DNA of 64,000 nucleotides from positions 16,709-80,708 of the forward strand of contig JBDHJS010000012.1 of assembly GCA_039586795.1 (NCBI GenBank), in the 5' to 3' direction. Positions 19,742 to 28,626 of this stretch are shown here, one piece after another. The position numbers and the translations under genes were made by a program. Within the stretch, counting starts at the first letter, position 1. Each line of letters opens with the position of its first letter. The notes beneath the pieces were generated by a model, which saw only the letters and a program-made list of their open reading frames with translations, searched no databases and was not told where the DNA came from. The DNA comes from Gemmatimonadota bacterium (GTDB taxonomy: Bacteria > Gemmatimonadota > Gemmatimonadetes > Palauibacterales > KS3-K002).

Positions 19742-20997
19742 TATTGGCCCTCCCCTCCGCTGGCGCCCTCGTCAGCTTCGATGGGTTCCGTTTCCGCCGA
19801 CTCCTCCGGAGGGTTGAAGCGCTCGACCGCCTCGTCGAGCCGGAGGTGGCTGCTTGGAGGCACCGACTCGAGTTGTCGCCCTGCGAACCACAATACGAGG
19901 AAGCCACCAAAATAGAGGATTCCCAACGCCAGGACGATTGGGCGCCGCCGCAGTCGTCGTTCGGGCTCTCGGTCAAACAGTGGCAGAAGCATCATAGCTA
20001 CTGCCAGCAACACGTAGCCCGAGAATCCCCACACGCCAAGATATCGGATCAGAGCGAGCGATACGTCGATCACCACCCAGGTGGAGACGAGTCTTTCCGG
20101 TAACACGAAGGGGTCCGCGGGGTCGCCGATCGGCCGCGGAAAGAGCGCCGCCAGGCTGAATGCCAACGCCAACGTCAGAGTTCCAACAATGAAGGCACGC
20201 AGCAGGTGATTGGGGTAGAACGGTCTTCCAAGTCTGGCATCGGACTCTGCTCCAGGAGGTGGCGTGATCCCGTGCCTTCTCAGCAGCGAGAAGTGAAAGA
20301 GCAGTAGAGCGAGCGCTGCCCACGGCAAAATGATGACATGCCAGGCGAAGAAGCGGCTAAGCGTCGCTCCGGATACGATTTCGTCCCCACGCAACACGGA
20401 TGCGATGATGCTTAGCAACGGGATTCGCGACATCGTCTCCAGGACTTCGGTCGTGGTCCAGTACGACCACTGATCCCAAGGCAGTAGATACCCAGTCGCG
20501 CCAAAGGCGACGATCGCCAACAGCAACAATAGGCCCGCGACCCAGTTGGTTTCGCGGGGTGGCTTGTAGGCGCCGCTGAAGAACACGCGGGCCATGTGCG
20601 CGAGGGCTGCAACGACAAGTAGGTTAGCGGACCACACATGCAGACCGCGGACCAGCCACCCCAGCGGGACTTCAGTGGTGATGTACTGGATGCTTGGGTA
20701 TGCCTCCTGTACCGACGGTCGGTAGTAGAACGATAGGAGTACGCCGGTGACGATCAGCACGATGAACAGCAAGTACGTGATGCCTCCCAGCGCGTGACGC
20801 CATCCGACGTGGGCAGGCAACCGACGGCTGAGGGACGAGCGCAGCGCCTGGTCGATCGGTGCTTGCCGATCGATCGGCCCATAAAGAAGGCCGAAAAACC
20901 GGCCCACGCCGAGCAGTCCGGGGTCGGTGCTGGACTTGATGTCTGCCCAGATCTGCGCCCACCACCTAGAGCGTGGTTTCTTCTCTTGATCGTTCAC
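19741..20997 (-). CDS. Second cytochrome b; heme ligands kept but PEWY motif absent
   Basis: LHVWSAN...AHM and WHVIILP...FHF; GYLLPW; position equivalent to PEWY reads LVSTWV. Confidence 0.85.
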   Translation of the reverse strand: MNDQEKKPRSRWWAQIWADIKSSTDPGLLGVGRFFGLLYGPIDRQAPIDQALRSSLSRRLPAHVGWRHALGGITYLLFIVLIVTGVLLSFYYRPSVQEAYPSIQYITTEVPLGWLVRGLHVWSANLLVVAALAHMARVFFSGAYKPPRETNWVAGLLLLLAIVAFGATGYLLPWDQWSYWTTTEVLETMSRIPLLSIIASVLRGDEIVSGATLSRFFAWHVIILPWAALALLLFHFSLLRRHGITPPPGAESDARLGRPFYPNHLLRAFIVGTLTLALAFSLAALFPRPIGDPADPFVLPERLVSTWVVIDVSLALIRYLGVWGFSGYVLLAVAMMLLPLFDREPERRLRRRPIVLALGILYFGGFLVLWFAGRQLESVPPSSHLRLDEAVERFNPPEESAETEPIEADEGASGGEGQ

Positions 20998-21446
20998 CCT
21001 GTTCCTTCCGAAACGTAGACGACACCATCTCTAATCGAGACCCTGTAACGTTTGAGAGCCTGAGTCGTCAGGCCGGCGACAACATCTCCGCGGAGGTCGT
21101 ACACCATGTATCTGCAAGGTGAGAATACAGTAGACGAGTCCGGATCCCAACGGAGGAGGCAGCCATCGACGGGGGAGTCTCCCTGCACCGCAAAGTAGCT
21201 CAGGGAATCGAGTCGAACGATTAGCACGACTTCTTCACCCCAGTTGCGGACACGACTGGCGCCCACGGGAAAATCTGTCTCTCTGGCGACGCGCACGACG
21301 GGTTGAATCTCGGGGATGTTCAGATTCTCCGATGGGTTAACGTAGAAGACCGCGGCCATCGTCCCGAGCGTAAGCATCAGCAGTATCACGCCACCCAGCA
21401 GAAGCTCGGTAAAGCCGAGTCCTGAACTCCAGCTGTCTTTGCTCAT
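20994..21446 (-). CDS. Rieske-fold protein lacking [2Fe-2S] ligands (pseudo-Rieske)
   Basis: Aligns to the 13393 Rieske: CPHLGC->SPVDGC, CACH->SPCR, FDLNG->YDLRG; N-terminal TM without RR; start MSKD after SD AGGAG. Confidence 0.8.
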   Translation of the reverse strand: MSKDSWSSGLGFTELLLGGVILLMLTLGTMAAVFYVNPSENLNIPEIQPVVRVARETDFPVGASRVRNWGEEVVLIVRLDSLSYFAVQGDSPVDGCLLRWDPDSSTVFSPCRYMVYDLRGDVVAGLTTQALKRYRVSIRDGVVYVSEGTG

Positions 21447-21685
21447 TGGGACTCCTGCGGTCTTTGCCGGCACAAGGGAAGGTCTGCTCCAGCCGACATC
21501 CCCTGGTTCGCCGGGGTAATACGACTCGTTTGCTAGATGCCGCGGGGCTAGGCGGTCGCACTATCGATAGGCCTTGGTCTGCTACATTGAGGGAAGGCAT
21601 CGAGCCGCGCAAGGCCTGGCAACCCTTGGTGGTAAGGTGTCATGGTCCTGCTTTCGGTGAGTGTTTGAACGGTTATCTTTAAACT

Positions 21686-22117
21686 ATGAAGCTGAGAAAC
21701 CTATCTTTGGTCGTCCTGCTAGCTCTGGCGGTCGCCGCCTGTGCCGATGAAAAAGCTACTGGCAACGTCGCCGGCCCGCTCGTCGGGCCGCGGATCATCG
21801 AGTCGCAGCTGGCACTCGAGGTGATCGATGGCGCCCCGGCTGGAATAACGGACATCTTCGCTCTGGAAGAGTTCGTCAATCTATGGATCCACTGGGGCGG
21901 CCTGGAGCCGCCACACGAGGTGGAAGCGGTCTGGTGGGATCCTCTGGACAACAACGTATCGACAACGCTGGATATCACTGAGGATGCTCCAGAACAGGTT
22001 ACTGTTTTCACATTGGAGTTGGTGCAATTCTCGGTGACCGGGCGTTGGGAAGTGGAGGTCTATCTCGACGGCGTGTTCATGCGGAGCATCTTGTTTAACG
22101 TCGTTAGCGATCTTTGA
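21686..22117 (+). CDS. Hypothetical lipoprotein, beta-rich
   Basis: MKLR...LAVAAC lipobox; GRWEVEVYLDG strand pattern. Confidence 0.75.
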   Translation: MKLRNLSLVVLLALAVAACADEKATGNVAGPLVGPRIIESQLALEVIDGAPAGITDIFALEEFVNLWIHWGGLEPPHEVEAVWWDPLDNNVSTTLDITEDAPEQVTVFTLELVQFSVTGRWEVEVYLDGVFMRSILFNVVSDL

Positions 22118-22257
22118 GCCAGGAGATTAACCGCCCGTTCGTCCCGCCCAGCGTATATCTGTCCTGTTCTTCTAGTGATTGACAACGGCGACGTACTTCC
22201 GGCACTTTGTTTGTAGACGCGCCGGCGTCCCCTACCGAAAACTCAGCGTGGAACTGT

Positions 22258-22533
22258 ATGACCGTCTCTCAGTGGTTCGGCATCGCGGCAACACTTCTCT
22301 TCCTGGCACTGCTTGTGGCGGCGGGTGTCGTGGTCCTGTTGCGGCGTCGGCGGGCGGAGTCGCCGCCCCAGGCCGGCTGGATGACCGATCAGATGGTGCA
22401 TCAAATTATCCGTCAGGGCACGCTGAGCGCGCGCTACGTGCCCGAAGAGGCGCTCGATATGGAGGAAATCGAAAAGGAGGAAGAGCGCTTCTGGTCCGAG
22501 ACCTGGGATGAAAGCGAACCCTATTGGGAATAG
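22258..22533 (+). CDS. Small single-TM protein with acidic Trp-rich tail
   Basis: TM followed by RRRR, then EEIEKEEERFWSETWDE. Confidence 0.65.
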   Translation: MTVSQWFGIAATLLFLALLVAAGVVVLLRRRRAESPPQAGWMTDQMVHQIIRQGTLSARYVPEEALDMEEIEKEEERFWSETWDESEPYWE

Positions 22534-22553
22534 GGGTTACGGGGTCTGTCGGC

Positions 22554-22775
22554 TTAGCCAGCAACCGCCTCGAATACTTCTTCGTCTTCCGGAAACCGCC
22601 CCGCTTGCAGTTTTGAAAAGACCAGCTCACCGTCACGGCGTATCTCGAAAGCGCCACCCCCGCTCTCGATCAGCTCGGTCTCGATGTCCTCGAAACGCTC
22701 TCGAAGTACGTCCGCCAACCTGGCGGCGCGTGGTTGGTAGTTTCAAACGACGCAGTATTCGATGCTTACGTGCAT
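22554..22775 (-). CDS. SelW/Rdx-family selenoprotein (CxxU), 73 aa
   Basis: Hand translation MHVSIEYCVVUNYQPRAARLADVLRERFEDIETELIESGGGAFEIRRDGELVFSKLQAGRFPEDEEVFEAVAG; UGA at 22745-22743; SD GGAG; Rdx motifs GxFEI, FSK, RFP. Confidence 0.9.
22712..22726 (-). promoter_or_regulatory. Candidate bacterial SECIS hairpin
   Basis: CCGCC-AGGUU-GGCGG begins 16 nt after the UGA and has G in the apical loop. Confidence 0.65.
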
Positions 22776-22941
22776 TGTCTCTCACTCCGTAGTTCTAACT
22801 TGCACTCTAATATGCTCGGTTGACCGTCCGTATGGGCGAGTCTAATTTGAACGTCGAACTTCCATCGTCGCAAGGCGCGCAAGATCCGGTCCTCACGATC
22901 GGCTGTGCAGAGTCTGTCAAAGTGGGAGCTTATCGCCCAGC

Positions 22942-23790
22942 ATGATGCGATTCATCAAGAAGATCCTCAAAGGTCCTGAAAAGCCGGATAGCGCTGGTGA
23001 CGCGTCCGCGATTATGGCCAGTGAGGACCTGGAGCGCATCGAGCAGGAGCTGAAGAAGGTGGGCCACGGCTACGAGGCTGCGCGGCTGCTCAACCGGGCC
23101 GGCGACCTCTACCTTGTGAAGTCGGACCGGGAGCGAGCGTTGAAGCGGTATGGAGAGGCCATCGACGCTTACTTGCAGTCGGGTGAGTACGATAACGCCA
23201 TGGCGGTCTGCCGGAAGATCATCCGGGTCGTCCCGGAGGTGATCCGGACCCGCCGTACATTGGCCTGGCTGTGCCTCGGCAAAGGGTTTCTGGAGATCGC
23301 TCGGGAGCATATCGAAGCCTACGTACACGCGTCAAAGGAAGCGGCGCTCGAGTTGCTGGCCGTGCAACATCTGCTGCTGATGAGTCAGTACGTCGATCGT
23401 GCCGATTTCCGGGAGTTCCTTGCCGGACAGCTGATCGAGCTTGGCGATGAGAAGGCAGCAGGTCGAGTGCGTGAGGGGAAGGCCCGGGACGGAGTTCGCG
23501 CCGCCGGCTGGACTCCGGTCGTGTTCGCCGCCATGCTGACGCCGGACGACTTGCGGCATGCGGCCGAAAAGGGGGTCGAAATCAAGGCACCGACCGACGC
23601 TGGCGGTGCCAACGAGGTCAGCATTAAAGGTTTCGAAGCTCTCCTGATCGATCCCGACGCCGCCGCGGCGCTGGAGGAAGCGGCGGCCGCGCGCGAGGCA
23701 GTGGCGGAAGTAGATGGGAATGATCTCGATGAGGGACCCGAAAGGTCGACCGAAGGTGACGAACGAGAGGGAAGCGACAGCCATAACTAG
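22942..23790 (+). CDS. TPR-like helical protein with acidic tail
   Basis: LLNRAGDLY...ALKRYGEAIDAY...NAMAVCRKII helical-repeat pattern. Confidence 0.7.
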   Translation: MMRFIKKILKGPEKPDSAGDASAIMASEDLERIEQELKKVGHGYEAARLLNRAGDLYLVKSDRERALKRYGEAIDAYLQSGEYDNAMAVCRKIIRVVPEVIRTRRTLAWLCLGKGFLEIAREHIEAYVHASKEAALELLAVQHLLLMSQYVDRADFREFLAGQLIELGDEKAAGRVREGKARDGVRAAGWTPVVFAAMLTPDDLRHAAEKGVEIKAPTDAGGANEVSIKGFEALLIDPDAAAALEEAAAAREAVAEVDGNDLDEGPERSTEGDEREGSDSHN

Positions 23791-23890
23791 CCGCCGACCG
23801 ACACCTGCTGTTAGTTAGATCCTCCCAGTATGATCACCCCATGAGATTGACCATCCCGAACGACCGGTGCCCGCCGCGGCGTTGGCTATT

Positions 23891-25015
23891 ATGATGAGCG
23901 ACATGAACCGACGCGACGGCCTGAAGGCCGAGGTGTTGAGCTACATGCGGCGTGGCATAGACGCACCGAAAGACGAAGACGGTTTCCTTCGGCTGGCGCT
24001 GGCGGTTTTCGAATACCAGTTCACGGAGAATGAGCCCTACCGTCGGTACTGCGAGCGGCGACGCGTGACGCCGGACAAAGTCACCGACTGGCGGCGAATC
24101 CCGGCCGTGCCGACCGCCGCATTCAAAGAAGCGGGCTTGATTTGCGGGGGGACTGACAAGGCCGAAATCGTCTTTCGGACCAGCGGCACCAGCCAGGGTC
24201 GAGAGCGGCGCGGCGCCCACTACGTCCGGGACCTCGAGTTATATGAGGCATCCGCGCTCCCAAACTTCGCCGCGCATCTGCTTCCCGATGGTGCGCATCT
24301 CCGCACGTTGGTGCTGGGCCCTAGCTCGAACCTGGCGCAGGATTCATCGCTGTCCTGGATGCTCGATTTGGTACGGTGCACCTATGGAACGGCGGGAAGC
24401 GCCCACTATGTGGATGAGGAAGGATTGCAGGTCGAACGGCTGTTAGGCGAGCTCGAGGGCTGTGAGAAGCAGGGTCGGCCGGTCATGCTGCTAGGCACGG
24501 CCGCGGCATTCGTTCACGTGCTAGACGCGCTGGAGGCACGCCAGCGAACGCTACGCCTTGCTCCGGGCACCCGCTTGATGGAGACTGGCGGCACCAAGGG
24601 GATAGATCATGAGATGCGTCGAGATGAGCTTTACCGCGCGTTGACCAGCCGCCTTGGAGTCTCCGGTCTGTACTGCATCGCCGAGTATGGTATGACGGAG
24701 ATGTGCTCGCAGTTCTACGACAACGTTTTGCGCGAGCGGGCGCGAGCTCGACCGGTGTGGAAGCGCTACAAGACGATACCACCGTGGGTACGCACGCAAG
24801 TGGTCGACGCAGAGTCGCTCGAGCCGGTCGACGACGGAAACGTCGGACTTCTGCGCCATCTCGACCTCGCCAATTTCGATTCGGTGATGGCGATCTTGAC
24901 CGAAGATATTGGCGTTACAGGTAACGGTGGTTTCGAGATCCTCGGCCGAGCGGCCGGCGCTGAGTTGCGTGGCTGCTCGTTGGCAATGTCCCAATGGGTG
25001 AAGACGCAAGAATAG
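23891..25015 (+). CDS. LuxE-family acyl-protein synthetase
   Basis: FRTSGTS, METGGTKG, EYGMTEMCSQFY, TEDIG, GRAAGAELRGCS. Confidence 0.85.
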   Translation: MMSDMNRRDGLKAEVLSYMRRGIDAPKDEDGFLRLALAVFEYQFTENEPYRRYCERRRVTPDKVTDWRRIPAVPTAAFKEAGLICGGTDKAEIVFRTSGTSQGRERRGAHYVRDLELYEASALPNFAAHLLPDGAHLRTLVLGPSSNLAQDSSLSWMLDLVRCTYGTAGSAHYVDEEGLQVERLLGELEGCEKQGRPVMLLGTAAAFVHVLDALEARQRTLRLAPGTRLMETGGTKGIDHEMRRDELYRALTSRLGVSGLYCIAEYGMTEMCSQFYDNVLRERARARPVWKRYKTIPPWVRTQVVDAESLEPVDDGNVGLLRHLDLANFDSVMAILTEDIGVTGNGGFEILGRAAGAELRGCSLAMSQWVKTQE

Positions 25016-26406
25016 AGTTCTATTGGCCGCCCGAGTGGCCGGGCGGCCCGACGAAGCCCGCGCTCCGGTTCGAAGAGCGAGGATTTGGACCCGATCGTGT
25101 CGTGGGTCGGTTCCCACTGCTCGCGACGGAGAGCCTGACTCAGCTGCTCAGCGCGCTCCGGACTCGTGGCGTCGATACATTGCGCCGCTTCACTGTTAGG
25201 GAGATCACCGAGGCGATCGAAGCGGCAACGCGCGAGTTGGTCGAGCCCGGTAAACTGCATCGTCAGGAGCTCGTTGAAACGCTTCCTCGACTTACGGGCT
25301 ACTCGCCGCGGATGATCGAAATCGGGCTCGAGCGGATGGGCGCCAACTGGACCTCGATCGCGCTCCGCGAAGCGCTCGTCAGGGAGTTCGGTAGTCTGGA
25401 GGTGCTGGATGATTTTCAGCCGTGCGGTCAGGGCCGGCACCAGAAAGCCTTCGGCCCCGGGCTCACCGTCCACATCTTTAGCGGCAATATTCCCGGCGTG
25501 GCGGTGACCAGTCTGATCCGGGCTCTCTGTGTGAAGTCGCCGAGTTTTGGAAAAACGGCGGCAGGAGAACCGTATTCAGCCGTGTGCTTCGCTAGAGCAT
25601 TGGCGAGCGTGAGCGCGGACCTGGCGAGTTGTCTTGCGGTTACCTATTGGCCGGGCGGATCGAAGGAATTGGAACGTGCTGCTTTCGCCGCCGCCGATGC
25701 GGTCGTTGCTTACGGGAGCGACGATACCATAGATGAGATTAGCGGTCTCGTACCGTCACATTGTCGGCTTCTCCGGTACCCGAACCGCTTCGGAGTTGCG
25801 GTCATCTCGGGGAAGGCTCTGTCGGAAGGGAGCCCGGCGGAGCTAGCTCTGGCCGTCGCGAAAGATGTCTCGACTTTCGATCAGCAGGGATGTGTGTCGC
25901 CTCATGCCGTGTTCGTCGAAGAGGGAGGAGATGTATCCGCCGTCGACTTCGGCAGGCTGCTGGCCGATGCGATGGAAAGTGTGGCGAAAGAGGTACCGCG
26001 AGGAGCGGCGCGTGTGGAGGAATCGTCTCTCATCCACCAGGTTCGGGGCCAGGCAGAGATGCGTGGCGCCGAGGTGATCACCAGCCACAAGGGGACAGAG
26101 TGGACGGTGATCGTGGAGCGCCGCGACCGGTTCGAGCCGTCGCCGCTCAATCGAGTGATTCACGTCACGGCTGTCGGTGAACTGAACGAAGCGCTGACCG
26201 CTCTGGAGAGCGTGGGCCGCCATCTGCAAACCGTGGCTATCGGCGCGGTGCCGGGGGAAATCGAGGCGCTGGCGGAAAGGCTCGGTTCCATAGGGGCCAC
26301 TCGGCTGGTGCCGGTGGGAGAAGCCGCCTGGCCAGCGGCGGACTGGCGTCACGACGGTCGCTACCAGTTTGCCGATCTGGTTCGCTTCGTCGATCTCGAA
26401 ATATAG
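24994..26406 (+). CDS. LuxC-family acyl-CoA reductase
   Basis: HIFSGNIP, AYGSDDTI, FDQQGCVSP catalytic Cys, HDG near C-terminus. Confidence 0.85.
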   Translation: MGEDARIEFYWPPEWPGGPTKPALRFEERGFGPDRVVGRFPLLATESLTQLLSALRTRGVDTLRRFTVREITEAIEAATRELVEPGKLHRQELVETLPRLTGYSPRMIEIGLERMGANWTSIALREALVREFGSLEVLDDFQPCGQGRHQKAFGPGLTVHIFSGNIPGVAVTSLIRALCVKSPSFGKTAAGEPYSAVCFARALASVSADLASCLAVTYWPGGSKELERAAFAAADAVVAYGSDDTIDEISGLVPSHCRLLRYPNRFGVAVISGKALSEGSPAELALAVAKDVSTFDQQGCVSPHAVFVEEGGDVSAVDFGRLLADAMESVAKEVPRGAARVEESSLIHQVRGQAEMRGAEVITSHKGTEWTVIVERRDRFEPSPLNRVIHVTAVGELNEALTALESVGRHLQTVAIGAVPGEIEALAERLGSIGATRLVPVGEAAWPAADWRHDGRYQFADLVRFVDLEI

Positions 26407-26422
26407 CTGGCCGCCGCGGCCC

Positions 26423-27367
26423 TCATTCCGCCGGATACTGAGGCGCGGTGCGTTCCACGCGAGCCAGGCGGACCGTGACGGTGCCGGCGATGATGGCCGC
26501 AGCGCCCACCATCTGCAGCCAGTTCGGGGTCTCTCCTAGCGTCATCCAGGCGATCACCAACGCTACCACAGGTATCAGGTTCGAGTAGACGGCCGTGCGA
26601 GTATTGCCGATCTGTCGGATGCTGAAGTACCAGATGAGATAGGCTAGGGCGATGGCGAACGCTCCGCTGTAGAACAACGCGAGCCATGAGATCGGTCGCA
26701 CGATCGCCCAGTCTTGCTGCAGGAAGGCGGGCACAGACGCCGCCACCAGCCCAATACAACCGGTCCACATTGTCACGGCGGTGACCGGTAATGGGCCGTA
26801 TCGTCGGACGAATGGGTTCGAGCCCACCGTATAAGCGGACCAGGCGGCGGAGGCGGTCAGCATCGTCAGGTCGCCACGCACCGTGCTGGCGCCAAAACTG
26901 ACGGCCGTCGTCCCCCCCCACACGACGAGACCGATCCCGACGAACGATATGACGACTCCAAGCCAGGCAGCGGGACCGATCTGTTCCTGGCGAAACGTCA
27001 CTGACAACAGGGTCGTGAAGATCGGCGTCGTTGCCAGCATCAGGCTGGCGTTGCCTGCCAGGGTCCAGTCGATGCCGTAGATGAAGAGGATCTGATAGAC
27101 AGTGTTGCCGAGAACACCGAGACCGATCAACGCTGGCCAGTGTCGACGGTCGATGGGCGCCGTTCGTTTTCCCAGCGTCACGACCAGCCACAGCAAGCTC
27201 GACGCCAGCAGGAACCGAATACCGTTAAACGCCAGCGGGTCGAAATCGCGCAGAGCGTACTTGACCACCGAGAAGTTCGAGGCCCAAACGAAGATCAGCA
27301 CCGCCAATGCCCCATAGGTAAAGGCGTGTGAAGATCCTTCTCTAGGCGGCTGTCGATTCGTCACCAT
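26423..27367 (-). CDS. EamA/DMT-family transporter
   Basis: About 10 TM in two repeats; WASNF...K...P...RF; LGETP. Confidence 0.9.
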   Translation of the reverse strand: MVTNRQPPREGSSHAFTYGALAVLIFVWASNFSVVKYALRDFDPLAFNGIRFLLASSLLWLVVTLGKRTAPIDRRHWPALIGLGVLGNTVYQILFIYGIDWTLAGNASLMLATTPIFTTLLSVTFRQEQIGPAAWLGVVISFVGIGLVVWGGTTAVSFGASTVRGDLTMLTASAAWSAYTVGSNPFVRRYGPLPVTAVTMWTGCIGLVAASVPAFLQQDWAIVRPISWLALFYSGAFAIALAYLIWYFSIRQIGNTRTAVYSNLIPVVALVIAWMTLGETPNWLQMVGAAAIIAGTVTVRLARVERTAPQYPAE

Positions 27368-27419
27368 TCACCCGATATTACGGTCGGCCAGCGCCGGTCT
27401 GGCGGTCAACGTTCATGCG

Positions 27420-28610
27420 ATGAACCAAAATAAGCTCATGACTGTAGATACAGTCCCCTACGACGTTCGCGCGCTCAGGCGTTCCGAGTTCCCCGTCTTC
27501 GAAGAAAGCGGAGCCGTCTACCTCAACTCGGCTTCGGTGGGTCCGCTGCCGGCGCGGACCCGCCTGGCCCTTCAGGAGTTTGCCGAGCAGGCTGGAGCGC
27601 CGGATCACCGCGTTCACGACTACGTCATCGAGATCCCGGGAACCGCCAGGAGACTAGCTGCTCAGCTCATCGGTGCACAGCCCCACGAGATCGCGCTGGG
27701 ATCAAACACCACGTTCGGGCTCGCGCTCGCGGCGACCGCGTTGCCGATCGAACCCGGCGACACGGTATTGCTGCTGGACGGTGAGTTTCCGGCGAACATC
27801 TACCCATGGCTCAACCTGGAGCGGCGCGGCATTCGTGTGGAGCTGTTGCCGCGAGACTCGCGTGGACTTCCCAACGAGGAAGCCGCCCTCGAGCGCCTGG
27901 CGCGAGGTGACGTTCGCGTCTTCTCCGCCTCGCTTGTGAACTTCTTCTCCGGATTCCGACTCGACCTGGAAACGGTTTCTCGGGAGTGTCGGCGGCACGG
28001 AACCTACTTCGTCGTTGATGCAATACAAGCGCTGGGCGCCGTACCGATTGACGTCTCGTCGATTCCGGTCGATATCCTGGCATCGGGCTGTCAGAAATGG
28101 CTGCTCAGCCCCAACGGCTCCGGTTTTGTCTACGTTCGCGAGGGGCTGTTCGATACCCTGGACCCGGCCACCGTCGGCTGGCTTTCGTTCAAGCCGTCGC
28201 AGGACTTCACAAACCTGACGAACTACTCCTTTGATTTCTTGGACGATGCGAGGCGGTTCGAGCTCGGGTCGCTGTCCTTCTACTGCTTCAAGGGAATGAA
28301 CTACTCGTTGTCGCTGCTTCTCGAGCTGGGGGTACCGGCGATTCGTGATCATCTTCTGCGAGTCCAGGCTCTCCTGGTCGACTGGGTAGAGTCGTCGGGT
28401 CGGGCTGAATGGGTCAGCGATCCCAGCCCTGGCCGCAGATCGGGCATTCTCAGTTTCCGCGTGTCCGATCCGCTCGGGGTCGACAAGAGACTACAGGCGG
28501 CTCGTATCACGGCCTCGGTTCGCGAGGGAGCCATTCGTGTGGCGACGCATGCGTTCAATACGGAGGACGAAATCGAGAAGTTGATAACCGCTGTGGAGTC
28601 GGCGCGTTGA
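27420..28610 (+). CDS. Aminotransferase class V PLP enzyme
   Basis: YLNSASVGP, VVDAIQALG, QKWLLSP PLP lysine, RFELGS. Confidence 0.9.
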   Translation: MNQNKLMTVDTVPYDVRALRRSEFPVFEESGAVYLNSASVGPLPARTRLALQEFAEQAGAPDHRVHDYVIEIPGTARRLAAQLIGAQPHEIALGSNTTFGLALAATALPIEPGDTVLLLDGEFPANIYPWLNLERRGIRVELLPRDSRGLPNEEAALERLARGDVRVFSASLVNFFSGFRLDLETVSRECRRHGTYFVVDAIQALGAVPIDVSSIPVDILASGCQKWLLSPNGSGFVYVREGLFDTLDPATVGWLSFKPSQDFTNLTNYSFDFLDDARRFELGSLSFYCFKGMNYSLSLLLELGVPAIRDHLLRVQALLVDWVESSGRAEWVSDPSPGRRSGILSFRVSDPLGVDKRLQAARITASVREGAIRVATHAFNTEDEIEKLITAVESAR

Positions 28611-28626
28611 TGTACGGGGGGACCGA

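Noticed and set aside
19741..21446. Second Rieske and cytochrome b as pseudogenes
   Set aside because: Frames are intact, starts and stops are coupled, an SD is present, and structural Cys and heme His are retained
22640..22710. Recurrent CTCGA words as a regulatory repeat
   Set aside because: Explained by Ile/Phe-Glu and similar codons of the minus-strand selenoprotein gene
23891..26406. Bioluminescence operon
   Set aside because: No luxA, luxB, luxD or luxG in the window
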